From NCBI GenBank assembly GCA_040220235.1, contig JAVJTO010000009.1: a stretch of 64,000 nucleotides of DNA; one strand, 5' to 3'. This DNA comes from Coleofasciculus sp. B1-GNL1-01. GTDB taxonomy: Bacteria > Cyanobacteriota > Cyanobacteriia > Cyanobacteriales > Coleofasciculaceae. Positions 1 to 10,654 of this stretch are shown here, piece by piece. The first letter of the stretch is position 1; every line of letters begins with the position of its first letter. The notes under the pieces were generated by a model that ran no database searches, had not been told where the DNA came from, and worked only from the letters and a program-made list of their open reading frames with translations. Made by a program: the position numbers and the translations under genes.

Positions 1-3000
1 AACGGGATTTTCACCTGCATTAATGCTGAGACTTCCGGCTGTTCCGGTTTGGGTGGATGCTGATATTTCACTGCCGTTAGTTAACTGTACGTTCTCTAAA
101 CCTTGTAAAATAATATCTTGGCTCTCACTAGAGATGTTGGAAGCTGAAAGTTGCGATCGCGCATTCAAGCTTAACTGTTCGGTATTTATCGTTACACCCC
201 CAGCTTTCCCACCTTCACCAGTGGCTTCAACCGATAGGCGGCTGTTGTTGAGAGATACCGAATCAACCGGATTTTCACCTGCATTAATGCTGAGACTTCC
301 GGCTGTTCCTGTCTCTGTCGAGGCTGATATTTCACTGCCGTTGGTTAACTGTACGTTCTCTAAGCCTTGTAAAATAATATCTTGGCTCTCACCAGAGATG
401 TTGGAGGCTGAGAGTTCCGAGTTCTCACTTAAGGTTAACTGTTGAGTATTAACCGTCAAACCCCCAGCCTTACCGCCTTCACCAGTAGCTTCAACGGATA
501 GGCGACTGTTATCACTCACTTGCACCGAATTAGCGGGATTGGAGTTAGCATTAATGCTTAAGCTTCCGGCTTGACCCGTTTCAGTCGAGGCTTGAATGAC
601 ACTATTGTTGCTAACTGTCAAGGTATCCAAACCTTGTAAGATAATCCCCTCACTGCTACTAAAGACATTAGATGCCAATATCTGTGCATCATTTTCCAGG
701 GTTAACTGCTGGGTGTTGAGGCGAATTTCTCCGGCATTACCCTTATCCGTAGCAGCAGCAGATAGTTCGACACCACCAGTGAGGGTAAGTTGGGGAGTAG
801 TAACCTCTACATTACCCGCATCCCCTGTACTGCGGCTTTCTACCGCTAACCGCCCTTGTCCAGCAATGGTAATCGCTTGCGGCGCACTCAGGATTAAATC
901 GCCACCTTTGCCACTTCCAGAGGTAGAAGCCGAGACTTGGGAATTGGGCGCTAGGGTAATGTCTAGGGTGGATTGATCCTGATAGGGGTTCAGGGTTAAG
1001 GTTCCGGCGGGGGTTTGTCCTTCGGTTTCAGCAAAGACACCCACGATTCCGGCTAAGTTCATCGTGGATGCATTTAAGGTGATACTGCCACCTCCCTCTG
1101 TATTCGTGGCGGTATCGGTGGCGGTTGCGGTAATTCGGGCGGTGTCGGAGAGGGTTAAGGTTGGGGTATTAATAATAATGCTTCCAGCTTTGCCTGCGTC
1201 ACTTGTTTCTACAGACAGAACTGGGGAAAAATCATTGACACCAATGCCGAGATTGACGGCGGTGGGAGCATTAATTTCAATTGTGCCACTATCGCCACTA
1301 CCTTCAGTGAAGGCAAATACTTTTGCTCCCCTGGCAACGGTTAAGGTGGAGGTATCGAGGATTATGTCTCCGGCGTTTCCCTCTCCTGTGGTTGAGGTAG
1401 AAAGTTCTGTTTGTTGTATGTTTAAATCGGTGCTGGTAATTTCAATTTTGCCAGCATTGCCTGCTCCTACAGTTTCTGTGGTAATGTTTCCTTCGCCCTG
1501 AATTGTAATGGAGTCGGGAGCCTTAATGTTTATATCTCCCCCGTTTGCTTGGTTAGAAGTAGAATTAGTGGCAGCAGAAATAGATGTTCCCTGTGCCAGG
1601 TTAATCGTTAAATTTTGTGCGTTTTGGTAGGATTGAAGAGTAATATTTCCGGCTTTGCCAGAGTTAGTGGTTCCGGCAAATAGTTCACTATCAGAACCGA
1701 TGAGCATAATTCCTTGACCTGCCTCGATATCGAGACTGCCTGCCGCACCTGTGCTGCTAGTGTTACTTCTAATAAAACTACTATTGAACGTAACCAGAGC
1801 GGGGCTAGTTATCATGACATTACCGGCTGAGGCACTACCTTTGGTATCAGTTTCAATCTGACTGTTGTTGAATGTGAGATCTCCCAAACTGGTGATAATG
1901 ACATCTCCTGATTGACCTGTCTTACCAACATCTAAAGTGATTTCTTGGCCGTCGGAAATTTCCAGGGTGAACTGTCCGCTGGTCAGAATATTGGTATTTG
2001 TGATTGATAAATTTCCAGAGCCTTCTACTAAAACAGTCCCAGATTTGGCGTTTTCCCAAGAAGATAGGGTTAATATCTCTAGATTGCTCACAATGTTTCG
2101 AGCTTTTATAGTAACGTCACCACCATTTCTTGCGGTTCCTTGCTCGGAGATAGAAAAGGAGTTAAGACTGGAAACGTCTTCTTCACTACCGAAAATATTG
2201 CCCTCTATGGCGCTGAGGAAAATTGCTCCCCCATCGCCAGAAGAGGAGAAGCCATACCTGGAGGAGGAGGCGGAGTCAAGATCGTTTATGGTGATGTTAT
2301 CGCCTGCTATGAGAGACATCACTCCCCCATTGCCAGAAGAGGAGGAGCTGAAGCCGGAGGAGAAGGAGTAGGAGTCAAGATCTTTTGTGGTGATATTACC
2401 GCCTGCTATGAGAGACATCGCTCCACCATCACCAGAAGAGGAGGAGCCAGAGGAAAAGGAGGAGGAGGCGGAGTTGAGATTACCGTTAGTAGTGATGTTA
2501 CCACCTGCCGTGAAAGACATCCCTCCCCCATCACCAGAAGAGGATGAACCAGAGGAGGAGGAGTTGGAGGCGGAAAAATAGGAGGAGGAGTTGGAGTTAA
2601 GATTACCGTTAGTAGTGATGTTACCACCTGCCGTGAGAGACATCCCTCCCCCATCGCCAGAAAAGAAGGAGCCTGAGCCGGAGGAGAATAAGAAGTGACC
2701 GGAGGAGGAGGAGTTGGAGTTAAGATTACTGTTAATAGTGATGTTACCACCTGCCGTGAGAGACATCCTTCCCCCATCGCCAGAAAAAGAGGAACCCGAG
2801 GAAGAGTAGAAGGAAGAGTAGGATGAGTAGGATGAGGAGTCAAGATTACCGTTAGTAGTGATGTTGCCGCCTGCGGTGAGAGACATCCCTCCCCCATTGC
2901 CAGAAAAGGAGGAGCCTGAGGAGGAATAGAAAAAGGCTCCGGAGTAGGAGTAGGAGTTAAGATCACCGTTAGTAGTGATGTTGCCACCTGCGGTGAGAGA

Positions 3001-4659
3001 CATTCCTCCCCCATCGCCAGAAAAGGAGGAGAAAGAGTCAGAGGAAGAGTTGAGCTCTTTTGTGGTGATGTTACCGCCCGCTCTCAGAGTAATAGTCCCT
3101 CCATTACTCCTAGAGGAGGAATCTATGATTTCTGTCGTGATATTGGCACTGGCATCAAGCCTAATCGCCCCTCCCTGAACACGATTGTTCGTGTGCAGGT
3201 TTCCCACACTGATGCCACCATTTGTGGCGTTGAGATTTATTGAACCACTCTCAACCCCAGACGTCTTAATATTCCCCAGCGTCAAACTCGCGCCAGACAT
3301 CTCAATATCCCGCCCATTCGTATACAGAGTATCGGCAACAGTATCCTCCATCACTACCGAACCCACCCCATCCCCATCTGCATCAGCCGTGAACTCAATC
3401 CCCCCACTCCCAGGAGCAAAATCTAAAGCATCATCCGCTAAATCATCAATCTGAATATCGTTAGTCGCCTGTAAAACAATATTGGTATCCCCCGCCAACC
3501 CTTCCAACTCCGACTCATAAATCGTCGTTGGTGCTGTATCATCAATCTCACTCAACGGCGTACTCAGAATCGCCCCCGCCACTCCCGAATTATTCCCAGC
3601 AAAACTCCCCTCACCATCAACCCCACTATCCCCATTACCATTAGCAATCCGAATATCTATTGGGTCAAGCAACAACGTCCCCGCTAACCCAAAAACCGCA
3701 CGAGTATCCACGTTTCCACGAAATATCAGATGTTGCTTCCCCGATACCTCAACCAATCCCCCATTTCCCCCATCAACTCCCCCACGGGCGTTAATAGTTC
3801 CATAAAACCCCGTTACCTCATCTGCCCACAAAACCACCGTACCTCCATCCCCGTTGATTAAAGCATTAGCATTAATCGTCACATCCGGCTCAACCACAGT
3901 TCGCGCTGCTGTGGGAATCGTACCTTGACCCTGAAAGGAACCACCAATTAATACCGTTCCCCCGCCTATATCCGAGGACACATCAACCTCAGCGTTGTCT
4001 AATAAACCAATCCTCTCTCCCAACACCATCACTGTTCCCCCTGGTGCGGTGAGAGAACCCGTACTCGTGACTTGATTCCCGTATAACGCCAAAGTTTGCC
4101 CCGATTCTACCGCTAAATTCCCCTGATGATTAATATCTCCCGTCGGTGGAGTTCCATACTGCAATCCAGGTGTCACATTAATCGTCAACAACGGCGGCGC
4201 TTCAGGATTCGTGGCACTAAATTCACTGCCATCAGGAAAGGTAAAACTATTGGCTGTAGACGCCACAAATGAACCGCCAACATCCAACCGCGCATTCTCA
4301 CCAAACACAATCCCATTGGGATTAATTAAAAACAGGTTAGCTGTGCCATTTGCCCGAATCCAGCCATCAATATCCGAAATATTAGTCCCCGTTATCCGCC
4401 CTAAAATGTTCTCAATATCCAACCCATTATAAAAAAACGCCTCACCCCCCGTCTGTACAGAAAACTCTTCAAAACTATGGAACAGATTCACTCCCCGCAC
4501 CGTTCCCCCTTCAATCAGGCAAACCGGACATCCCGTCACCTGAGAATTGACCGGAAGTGTATTATCCGGCACAATTTGCGCCGAAACTGGACTCAAACTC
4601 GTCAAAACAGTAACCGAGAGACTGCTCAGAAGTGAAGCGTAACCTGTTGTCTTTCCCAT
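1..4659 (-). CDS. Large filamentous haemagglutinin-family (TPS secretion domain) exoprotein, 3' end outside window
   Basis: Not in the ORF track because it has no stop in the window. ATG at 4659 with upstream AGGA. Reads MGKTTGYASLLSSLSVTVLTSLSPVSA|QIVPD...NLFHSF...NLFLINPNGIVFG. Same frame spot-checked at 2461-2580 and 1-42. Beta-helical GNI/AG repeats throughout. Confidence 0.9.
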   Translation of the reverse strand, partial: MGKTTGYASLLSSLSVTVLTSLSPVSAQIVPDNTLPVNSQVTGCPVCLIEGGTVRGVNLFHSFEEFSVQTGGEAFFYNGLDIENILGRITGTNISDIDGWIRANGTANLFLINPNGIVFGENARLDVGGSFVASTANSFTFPDGSEFSATNPEAPPLLTINVTPGLQYGTPPTGDINHQGNLAVESGQTLALYGNQVTSTGSLTAPGGTVMVLGERIGLLDNAEVDVSSDIGGGTVLIGGSFQGQGTIPTAARTVVEPDVTINANALINGDGGTVVLWADEVTGFYGTINARGGVDGGNGGLVEVSGKQHLIFRGNVDTRAVFGLAGTLLLDPIDIRIANGNGDSGVDGEGSFAGNNSGVAGAILSTPLSEIDDTAPTTIYESELEGLAGDTNIVLQATNDIQIDDLADDALDFAPGSGGIEFTADADGDGVGSVVMEDTVADTLYTNGRDIEMSGASLTLGNIKTSGVESGSINLNATNGGISVGNLHTNNRVQGGAIRLDASANITTEIIDSSSRSNGGTITLRAGGNITTKELNSSSDSFSSFSGDGGGMSLTAGGNITTNGDLNSYSYSGAFFYSSSGSSFSGNGGGMSLTAGGNITTNGNLDSSSYSSYSSFYSSSGSSFSGDGGRMSLTAGGNITINSNLNSNSSSSGHFLFSSGSGSFFSGDGGGMSLTAGGNITTNGNLNSNSSSYFSASNSSSSGSSSSGDGGGMSFTAGGNITTNGNLNSASSSFSSGSSSSGDGGAMSLIAGGNITTKDLDSYSFSSGFSSSSSGNGGVMSLIAGDNITINDLDSASSSRYGFSSSGDGGAIFLSAIEGNIFGSEEDVSSLNSFSISEQGTARNGGDVTIKARNIVSNLEILTLSSWENAKSGTVLVEGSGNLSITNTNILTSGQFTLEISDGQEITLDVGKTGQSGDVIITSLGDLTFNNSQIETDTKGSASAGNVMITSPALVTFNSSFIRSNTSSTGAAGSLDIEAGQGIMLIGSDSELFAGTTNSGKAGNITLQSYQNAQNLTINLAQGTSISAATNSTSNQANGGDINIKAPDSITIQGEGNITTETVGAGNAGKIEITSTDLNIQQTELSTSTTGEGNAGDIILDTSTLTVARGAKVFAFTEGSGDSGTIEINAPTAVNLGIGVNDFSPVLSVETSDAGKAGSIIINTPTLTLSDTARITATATDTATNTEGGGSITLNASTMNLAGIVGVFAETEGQTPAGTLTLNPYQDQSTLDITLAPNSQVSASTSGSGKGGDLILSAPQAITIAGQGRLAVESRSTGDAGNVEVTTPQLTLTGGVELSAAATDKGNAGEIRLNTQQLTLENDAQILASNVFSSSEGIILQGLDTLTVSNNSVIQASTETGQAGSLSINANSNPANSVQVSDNSRLSVEATGEGGKAGGLTVNTQQLTLSENSELSASNISGESQDIILQGLENVQLTNGSEISASTETGTAGSLSINAGENPVDSVSLNNSRLSVEATGEGGKAGGVTINTEQLSLNARSQLSASNISSESQDIILQGLENVQLTNGSEISASTQTGTAGSLSINAGENPV
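5..560 (-). repeat. 264-bp (88-aa) tandem coding repeats within the exoprotein
   Basis: GGATTTTCACCTGCATTAATGCTGAGACTTCCGGCTGTTCC at 5 and 269, with a more diverged copy near 535-570. Confidence 0.85.
2220..3130 (-). repeat. About 8 tandem ~100-125-bp coding repeats GDGGGMSLTAGGNITTNGNLNS + variable Ser-rich loop
   Basis: Recurring GTGATGTTACCACCTGCCGTGAGAGACATCCCTCCCCCATCGCCAGA units separated by (GGA/GAG)n tracts of variable length. Confidence 0.9.
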
Positions 4660-5322
4660 GATTAAATCCTCATCGTGGCAGCTACATCCGGCTGGCTATG
4701 TGTTAGCGCCAGCGTTGTTAGTACGATGCGAAACCCTGAAAATTAGTCGATTGACAGAAAAGCTACGAGGGGAATTAAATGAAGCTTAGATTATTTCTCA
4801 TTGGAGAATATAATCTGTTACAAAATTTAATCCTCCAGTTGTTTTTTTGGGGTGGCGTGGGTGACTGGACGCACGTCGGTCATCGGTGTCAATTTAAGCA
4901 AAGAAAGCGATACCTTGATCTGACCCCTCCCTAACCCTCCCCTTGTCAAGGGGAGGGAAATCGAATAGCTTTGGTTTCCTGTCGCTAGAATTGATGCGTC
5001 CCTGTCGTTAGCAGAATACCTATTGGATTTCCCCACAAAATTAGGGGTTGAGGTATTTGTGTAGTTGGTCATCACCCAGAAGAAAATAATGGTTTGTAGT
5101 CAGTGCTTTAGCACGGCAGGCACGCTTTGTACCGACTACAAACCTCTCTGCTTCCAGTGTCATTTCCCTGAAGTTCGGCACAGTTATATTGTGCGGCTTG
5201 AGGCAATCAATAAGTTCAGAAAAATTCAGGACTATAATTCAGGTATAGTTCAGATATAGTTCAGGTTTGTTCAGGATGGTGAGGAGCGATCGCGAGTTTG
5301 AAGGGTAACGCTTACAGAAACC

Positions 5323-5553
5323 GTAGGGGCGCACCGACGTGCATCCGTGTCAACTTAAGCAAAACCCCTCTCCCCCAGCCCCTCTCCCACGCCGGGGAGA
5401 GGGGAGTAAGAGAGTCTGGTTCCCCTTCTCCCCACGGTGGGAGAAGGGGTTAGGGGATGAGGGGGAAATTTTGAGCAGTAAATAGACATAGCTGAAAACT
5501 TTGCCAGCATTGGTTTTCGACCTTAAGTTGACACCAATGACCGACGTGCGCCC
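5323..5553. mobile_element. Composite MITE-like repeat: GTGTCAACTTAAG...CTTAAGTTGACAC inside a GTAGGGGCGCAC...GTGCGCCC REP-like palindrome
   Basis: Perfect 13-bp inverted repeats at 5347-5359 and 5522-5534. Related copies at 4868-4960, 7079-7212, 56769-56857 and 58141-58428. Confidence 0.75.
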
Positions 5554-5858
5554 TTTGCCGACATACACCCTTCCCTGATGTTGGCGAAACCCTTAAAAAA
5601 ATCACGAAACCTGTGAATCGGGGCGGGTTTAGTTGCATCTGGGTGCAATCGAAAAGATAGTAGTAAAACCCGTCCCTAAACATTCTCGCGCCATCCCTGA
5701 CTAACAAGTGAGTTACACGTCTGTGCTACCCGACAAAATAATGGTGCGTTACGCTGCGCTAACGCACCCTACAATTTAGGAATAATCTTGGGATAAATTG
5801 GGAATAAATTGGCTGAATTTATGATAATTGAATTCCGAATAAGGGATAAAATCAGCCG

Positions 5859-6962
5859 TTAACGAACGCCAAAACTAGACACCGCTAACTCTTGAGTTCG
5901 CATTTGCAATTCTTCCACCCGTTGGGAATCCCCTAACGCTTCATAGCCAGCTTGCGCTTGGTTAAATAAGCGAATCGCTTGCTCCGTTTTCCCCAGCATA
6001 ATCATCACTTCCGCCAACCCCACTTGAGCCTTAGCTTGACCTTCAATATTCTCACTGGCGATCGCTAATTCAATCGCCTGTTCATACCGTTCCTGCGCCA
6101 GCAGATTTAATCCCTCATGAGCATAGAGATCACCAAGAAGCTGATACACTTGAACCGTTTGGCTTCCTGACTGAACCAAGGACTCCAGAATTGCGATCGC
6201 CTCACTATCGAGATCTTCCTCAAAATACACATCCGCCATTGCCAACGCTTGGGCTGCTTCTGACAAATCCGATTGTGCGATCGCCTGAATCTTTTCCTGA
6301 ACCCGCTGGGCTACATCAGGGTAAACCAGCCTGAATCGATATTCTCCGCCTTTATCCAACTGGGATGAGGTTCCATCCGCCTCGACAACCACTAGATACT
6401 CTTTTCCTCGCTGTAGGACAGGTTCACCGGGATAAACCACCTCAGTCCCACTCACCTGAGTCTCCCAATAAACCCCGGAACCCGTAACTCGCACCGTATA
6501 ACGACTGACTCCCGCCACCGGATTCCAACGTATCGTCGGTTTACCATCGAGTATTTCCCCGCGATGGGGCGTAATCACGTAAGGAATCGTGGGATCATCG
6601 CCACCAAGCTTATGAGCTGGTTTCAGGACTCGATCCCGGAACACACCCGAAGTATTGGGTTTTCCACAAAAGTAAGACACCGGATAGATTTGAGCCGATG
6701 GCACTCTATAGGACGATACCCCTCGACAAACAATTTTTGCCCTTTGCCCACGTATGGCTTGCAGTTGATCCCTGTGATGCAGAGGTGTACCCGCCGCAAC
6801 CGTTCTGAAACTTGACCATCCCTGACGTTTGAGCAGAACCCGTCCCTCAGCCACTCGATTTTGAGCCGCGATCGCTCCTGTCGGTAGAGTGGTTAGGACT
6901 AACGCTAAAGTCAAGCCTACAAAATGATATCTTTTCAATCTCATTATTGGTAGCTTCATCAT
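5859..6962 (-). CDS. Secreted protein with beta-rich N-terminal region and C-terminal TPRs
   Basis: 367-aa ORF with signal peptide (LALVLTTLPTGAIAA), PYVITP...IRWNPV segment and C-terminal TPR helices. Confidence 0.8.
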   Translation of the reverse strand: MMKLPIMRLKRYHFVGLTLALVLTTLPTGAIAAQNRVAEGRVLLKRQGWSSFRTVAAGTPLHHRDQLQAIRGQRAKIVCRGVSSYRVPSAQIYPVSYFCGKPNTSGVFRDRVLKPAHKLGGDDPTIPYVITPHRGEILDGKPTIRWNPVAGVSRYTVRVTGSGVYWETQVSGTEVVYPGEPVLQRGKEYLVVVEADGTSSQLDKGGEYRFRLVYPDVAQRVQEKIQAIAQSDLSEAAQALAMADVYFEEDLDSEAIAILESLVQSGSQTVQVYQLLGDLYAHEGLNLLAQERYEQAIELAIASENIEGQAKAQVGLAEVMIMLGKTEQAIRLFNQAQAGYEALGDSQRVEELQMRTQELAVSSFGVR

Positions 6963-7228
6963 AATTCCTCCGTTTTTCTCTGGTTAGGAATATACTGAAC
7001 GACCAACAATCACCCCAGTTGTCTAGGTTGTCTGTTAGAAGTTGTTCAACAGATGCACCCTTAATGAGTAAATTTACTCCCCTCTTACTCCCCTCTCCCA
7101 ACGTTGGGAGAGGGGTTGGGGGTGAGGGCTGTAGCTTGAGTTGACACCAATGACTGACGTGCGCCCATTAAATCTGTAAAATCTATTCCCTTATCTTAAC
7201 TGTGTCACGCCAGCCGTTACTACATCGT

Positions 7229-8491
7229 CTAAGGATTAACAGAATCTGCCCCCGGAGTAGCTTCCTCGGAAGTCGATGTTAGACGTTGTTGGGCTTGGTC
7301 AAACCATCGATCTTCATCGGGATTCAGCCCATCCACTAAATCGCGACATTTTTCCCAGAACGGAAGTGCCGCTTTTTTGTTCCCTTTTGCCTCTTGGACT
7401 TGAGCCAACAGACAATAAGCCGAAGCGCGATCGCTGTTTATATCAATTGCTTCTTTCAGATAAGCATCCGCTTCCTCATACCGACCCTGTTTCAGCCGCG
7501 CCCAGCCTAAATTTTTGAGCAAAAAGTACCCCAATTCTGGATCATGAGGTTGTAGAAGACCTTGTTTCAATAAAAAAGCTGCGCCGGAATAGTTCTTATC
7601 CAGAATATACAAGCGACCAAGATTGCTATAGGCACTCATCTCACCGCCTAACATAGCAATTTGGTAGTAACTTTTCGCTTTTTTAAAGTCCAGCAAGTTC
7701 TCGTAAGCGGAACCCAATCGAAAATGAGCCTCCATATTATTCGGGTCAAGTTCAGTCGCTCGACGGTAATTTTGCAGCGCATTAATCAATTGTCCAGCCA
7801 ACTGTTCCCGCTTACCCTGTTCTACATAATACTGAGCAATTTTAGGTAAAGAGGCGTGCAAACTAATCAGACTCACCAACACCAACAACGTTCCCCCCAG
7901 CTTCACCTCTTGCCAAAAATGCTGGGGAATCTTCAGGCTTTCCAGCGCCTTCTCCACCGTATGCTGTCCCGTCTTAGTCAACGTCCCTTTAGCTGCTGTT
8001 AGCGCTAATACCGCCTGACCCACCACCGCAAACGCTCCCAGTGCATCCACGCCGCCACTCAAAAATCGGGACGAAATCGCCACCACTAAGCTAAAATTCA
8101 CCGTCAAAATCGGCATCGTAATCGCGCCCCAGAGCCAATCATAGCGATCCCAGGCATGGACATACTCCAATGTATCGAAAAACCACCACCAGGCGGTTTT
8201 GGGCGGATTTAAAATATCTCGCCATTGAGCTAACGGAGCAATTTGAACGATCACATCCACTTTTTCTTTTAAGCGTTGGTCGAGTTCACTCAGCCTCAAT
8301 AGGGTCTTCTTAGGATTCTGGCAGGTTTGGGCTAAAAGCGACTGAATGCGATCCCTCGTTACCAAAACATCGAGAACAATTTCTGTAGCATTTTCATCGT
8401 TCCGCTTTCGTTTTGTCACCGTCAATGCTTCCAGCTTCGTCAGCGCGTCGGTATAGCGCTGGAGTGCATTCTCTAAATCAAGGGAATTCAT
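7229..8491 (-). CDS. Membrane protein with C-terminal TPRs
   Basis: 420-aa ORF with about three hydrophobic segments, then TPR motifs (AHFRLGSAY, AYSNLGRLY, LKNLGWA). Confidence 0.85.
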   Translation of the reverse strand: MNSLDLENALQRYTDALTKLEALTVTKRKRNDENATEIVLDVLVTRDRIQSLLAQTCQNPKKTLLRLSELDQRLKEKVDVIVQIAPLAQWRDILNPPKTAWWWFFDTLEYVHAWDRYDWLWGAITMPILTVNFSLVVAISSRFLSGGVDALGAFAVVGQAVLALTAAKGTLTKTGQHTVEKALESLKIPQHFWQEVKLGGTLLVLVSLISLHASLPKIAQYYVEQGKREQLAGQLINALQNYRRATELDPNNMEAHFRLGSAYENLLDFKKAKSYYQIAMLGGEMSAYSNLGRLYILDKNYSGAAFLLKQGLLQPHDPELGYFLLKNLGWARLKQGRYEEADAYLKEAIDINSDRASAYCLLAQVQEAKGNKKAALPFWEKCRDLVDGLNPDEDRWFDQAQQRLTSTSEEATPGADSVNP

Positions 8492-8836
8492 GGAAAATTG
8501 GGAAATCCTATCCTGTTAGTTCCTATCGCAATAGTTTGGCACAGCAGAAGCTTTACGAAAGATTATAAACCGTTAAATTTCTATAACCCATCGCTATTAA
8601 CAGACGATAGAATTTGTAGGATAGTTGGAGACAAGGCTTCAGGGAAGAAGGCAGAAGGGTTTTTACTGATACCTGGTCGTTTCAGTCTGCAATGAAGTCC
8701 TAACCTTTATGGCGACAGCTATAGCTCAAGTCCATTCAAATGGACTAAGACCCATTTGCCAAATGATTGCCACAGAGGATTCACGCCATAGAAGGCTCAC
8801 AACGTTTTACTATGGGGCAAAGTTACAGGCAGACTG

Positions 8837-10477
8837 CTACACTAATATTCCCTCTTGATTACTGCTATTATTCCTAACTTCCAAAGGTAAAAATATCGTC
8901 ATCACTTCCCCAGCTTGCGGTCGCTGACGCACAATTAGTTTACCGCCCAAGGCTTGGAACAAATGCTTGGTCACGTTTAGATTCAAACTCAGACTGCCTG
9001 TTTCTGGCTGAAACATTAATAACTGACCAATTGACTTTAACGTCTGACAGGTTGACTGTCCAAACTTATCCAAATTACCCGAATTGTCTGGGTTAGGTTG
9101 AGACTGAAATTGCAATTTTAACTGGTCTCCAGCGGGAGTGACCTGCACCTGAATATGACCGCCAGCGGGTAAGGTGCGGGTAAAATTCTCCACTAAACCC
9201 GTCAACACCTGATCTAACATCGAAGGATTACTCACCACCGTCGGCAGATTTTGCGGCAATACGACATCCAAGCTGACATTACGCCGCTGTGCCTGCTTTT
9301 GCCAGTGGGGAATACTATTCTGTAAAATTTGAGCCAATGACATTGATGTGAGATTAACCGGGGCTTCTTTCACCGCTTTTGTTTCTAATTCAACGGCTCT
9401 AAAAATTAACTCCATCCGGTTAATCTGTTCTGTACATTCATGATCTATGATTTCCAGACGCCGAATCACTTCTGGTGCTAAATCTTTACGTTTTAATAAT
9501 AATTTAGTTAACGTGCGAATCGTCGTTAGTGGTGTGCGGACTTCATGAGTTAAAGCTTGCAGAAGTTCCACATCAGGGGCGGATTCACAGAGTTGAGACA
9601 CTCGATGATTAACACGAGTTTCTGACTTAGCTAAGGGTTGCCAATCCCGGTCTTCAATTGTCTCACTGTACGCCGGATCTGTAGAAACTTGAGTAACTGA
9701 ATTAATCGGTGTTACTGCTATGGTTTCATTCTTCGGTTCTACAGAATATTCCGGCATATTTTGCAGCAACTGACGCCCAAATTGCATAACAATTTTATAA
9801 TCGGGAGGCTGAGGCGCAAACTGCTTAACTAATGTATCTAAATAACTCAGTTGATGGGGATTGGCTAATAATAATCGAGGATAAAGAGACGCCCAAGCTT
9901 TTTGCACATCCTCTGGATCAAAGGAGAAGCGAAATCCAGGTACACCATTGGGATCGTCTCCCGCTGCCATAACTAAACTAAAGCCACGGGTAAAGACTAA
10001 ACAAAACTGCTCCTCAGTCAATGAGTCAGCCGGAAATAAGCAGAGTTCATAAGTCGTATTAACCGTACCTTGAGCTTTTTCCGGTTGAGCTGGAGGCAAT
10101 TGAAAGGGCATAAAACTCCAGGGATTTACGGTTTCAGTCGTAAACACCCCCGTTTGAAAATGAGAAAGCAAATCAGAGTGGCTTAAAACAGGTGCAGGAC
10201 CGGCTAAAACTAACCCATTTAGAGATGCTGAGTTGTCGCCTTGATCTTCTGAGCAAAGGACTTGTAAGAGTAACTGTTCCAAAGACGCGATCGCACTTTG
10301 CCATTCTCGCTGCGATCGCCTTTCGTCTCTCATCCGCTGACTCGCCGCACTGCGCTGTCCCTTATCCATGACAACCGTTGTCGATTCAACCTGAGATTCG
10401 ACCGGATTGTTCACCCCAGTCGGCGTATTCTGAGCTAAAACTTCGCTGATGTTTGGTAACAACCACTTTTGCACCAC
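8837..10477 (-). CDS. hik2: Sensor histidine kinase Hik2 (chloroplast sensor kinase homologue)
   Basis: H-box LTHEVRTPLTTIRTL. The QKWLLP start, EQFCLVFT motif and QPETGSLSLNL ATPase motif are typical of cyanobacterial Hik2. Confidence 0.8.
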   Translation of the reverse strand: MVQKWLLPNISEVLAQNTPTGVNNPVESQVESTTVVMDKGQRSAASQRMRDERRSQREWQSAIASLEQLLLQVLCSEDQGDNSASLNGLVLAGPAPVLSHSDLLSHFQTGVFTTETVNPWSFMPFQLPPAQPEKAQGTVNTTYELCLFPADSLTEEQFCLVFTRGFSLVMAAGDDPNGVPGFRFSFDPEDVQKAWASLYPRLLLANPHQLSYLDTLVKQFAPQPPDYKIVMQFGRQLLQNMPEYSVEPKNETIAVTPINSVTQVSTDPAYSETIEDRDWQPLAKSETRVNHRVSQLCESAPDVELLQALTHEVRTPLTTIRTLTKLLLKRKDLAPEVIRRLEIIDHECTEQINRMELIFRAVELETKAVKEAPVNLTSMSLAQILQNSIPHWQKQAQRRNVSLDVVLPQNLPTVVSNPSMLDQVLTGLVENFTRTLPAGGHIQVQVTPAGDQLKLQFQSQPNPDNSGNLDKFGQSTCQTLKSIGQLLMFQPETGSLSLNLNVTKHLFQALGGKLIVRQRPQAGEVMTIFLPLEVRNNSSNQEGILV

Positions 10478-10654
10478 TATCTATCCCCATGAACTGCCAA
10501 TTCTACTTGTCTATCTATGAGGATACTGGCAGTCGTCATCTCTCCGGGGTCGTAGAACCGAACCCCTGAGTCGCAATTTCCGTGGAATGGTCTTATGTCC
10601 TTGCTCATACTCGCTTTCATTGAGAAGCAAGCTACGTCCTTTGTCAGGAAACAA

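Noticed and set aside
2220..3130. Repeat-spacer pattern as a CRISPR array or DGR template/variable region
   Set aside because: Repeats are in-frame protein repeats with low-complexity spacers; there is no cas or reverse transcriptase gene in the window, and variation includes length changes
23..4432. Many plus-strand ORFs, and the 2406-3014 minus ORF, in the ORF track
   Set aside because: Antisense or off-frame shadows of the long minus-strand exoprotein gene; the same applies to plus-strand ORFs at 31135-35485
4661..4760. c-di-GMP riboswitch in the exoprotein leader
   Set aside because: Short stems exist (CATCGT/ACGATG, GCTGGC/GCCAGC), but the GEMM GGCAAA..GAAA..GACGCAAA core is absent
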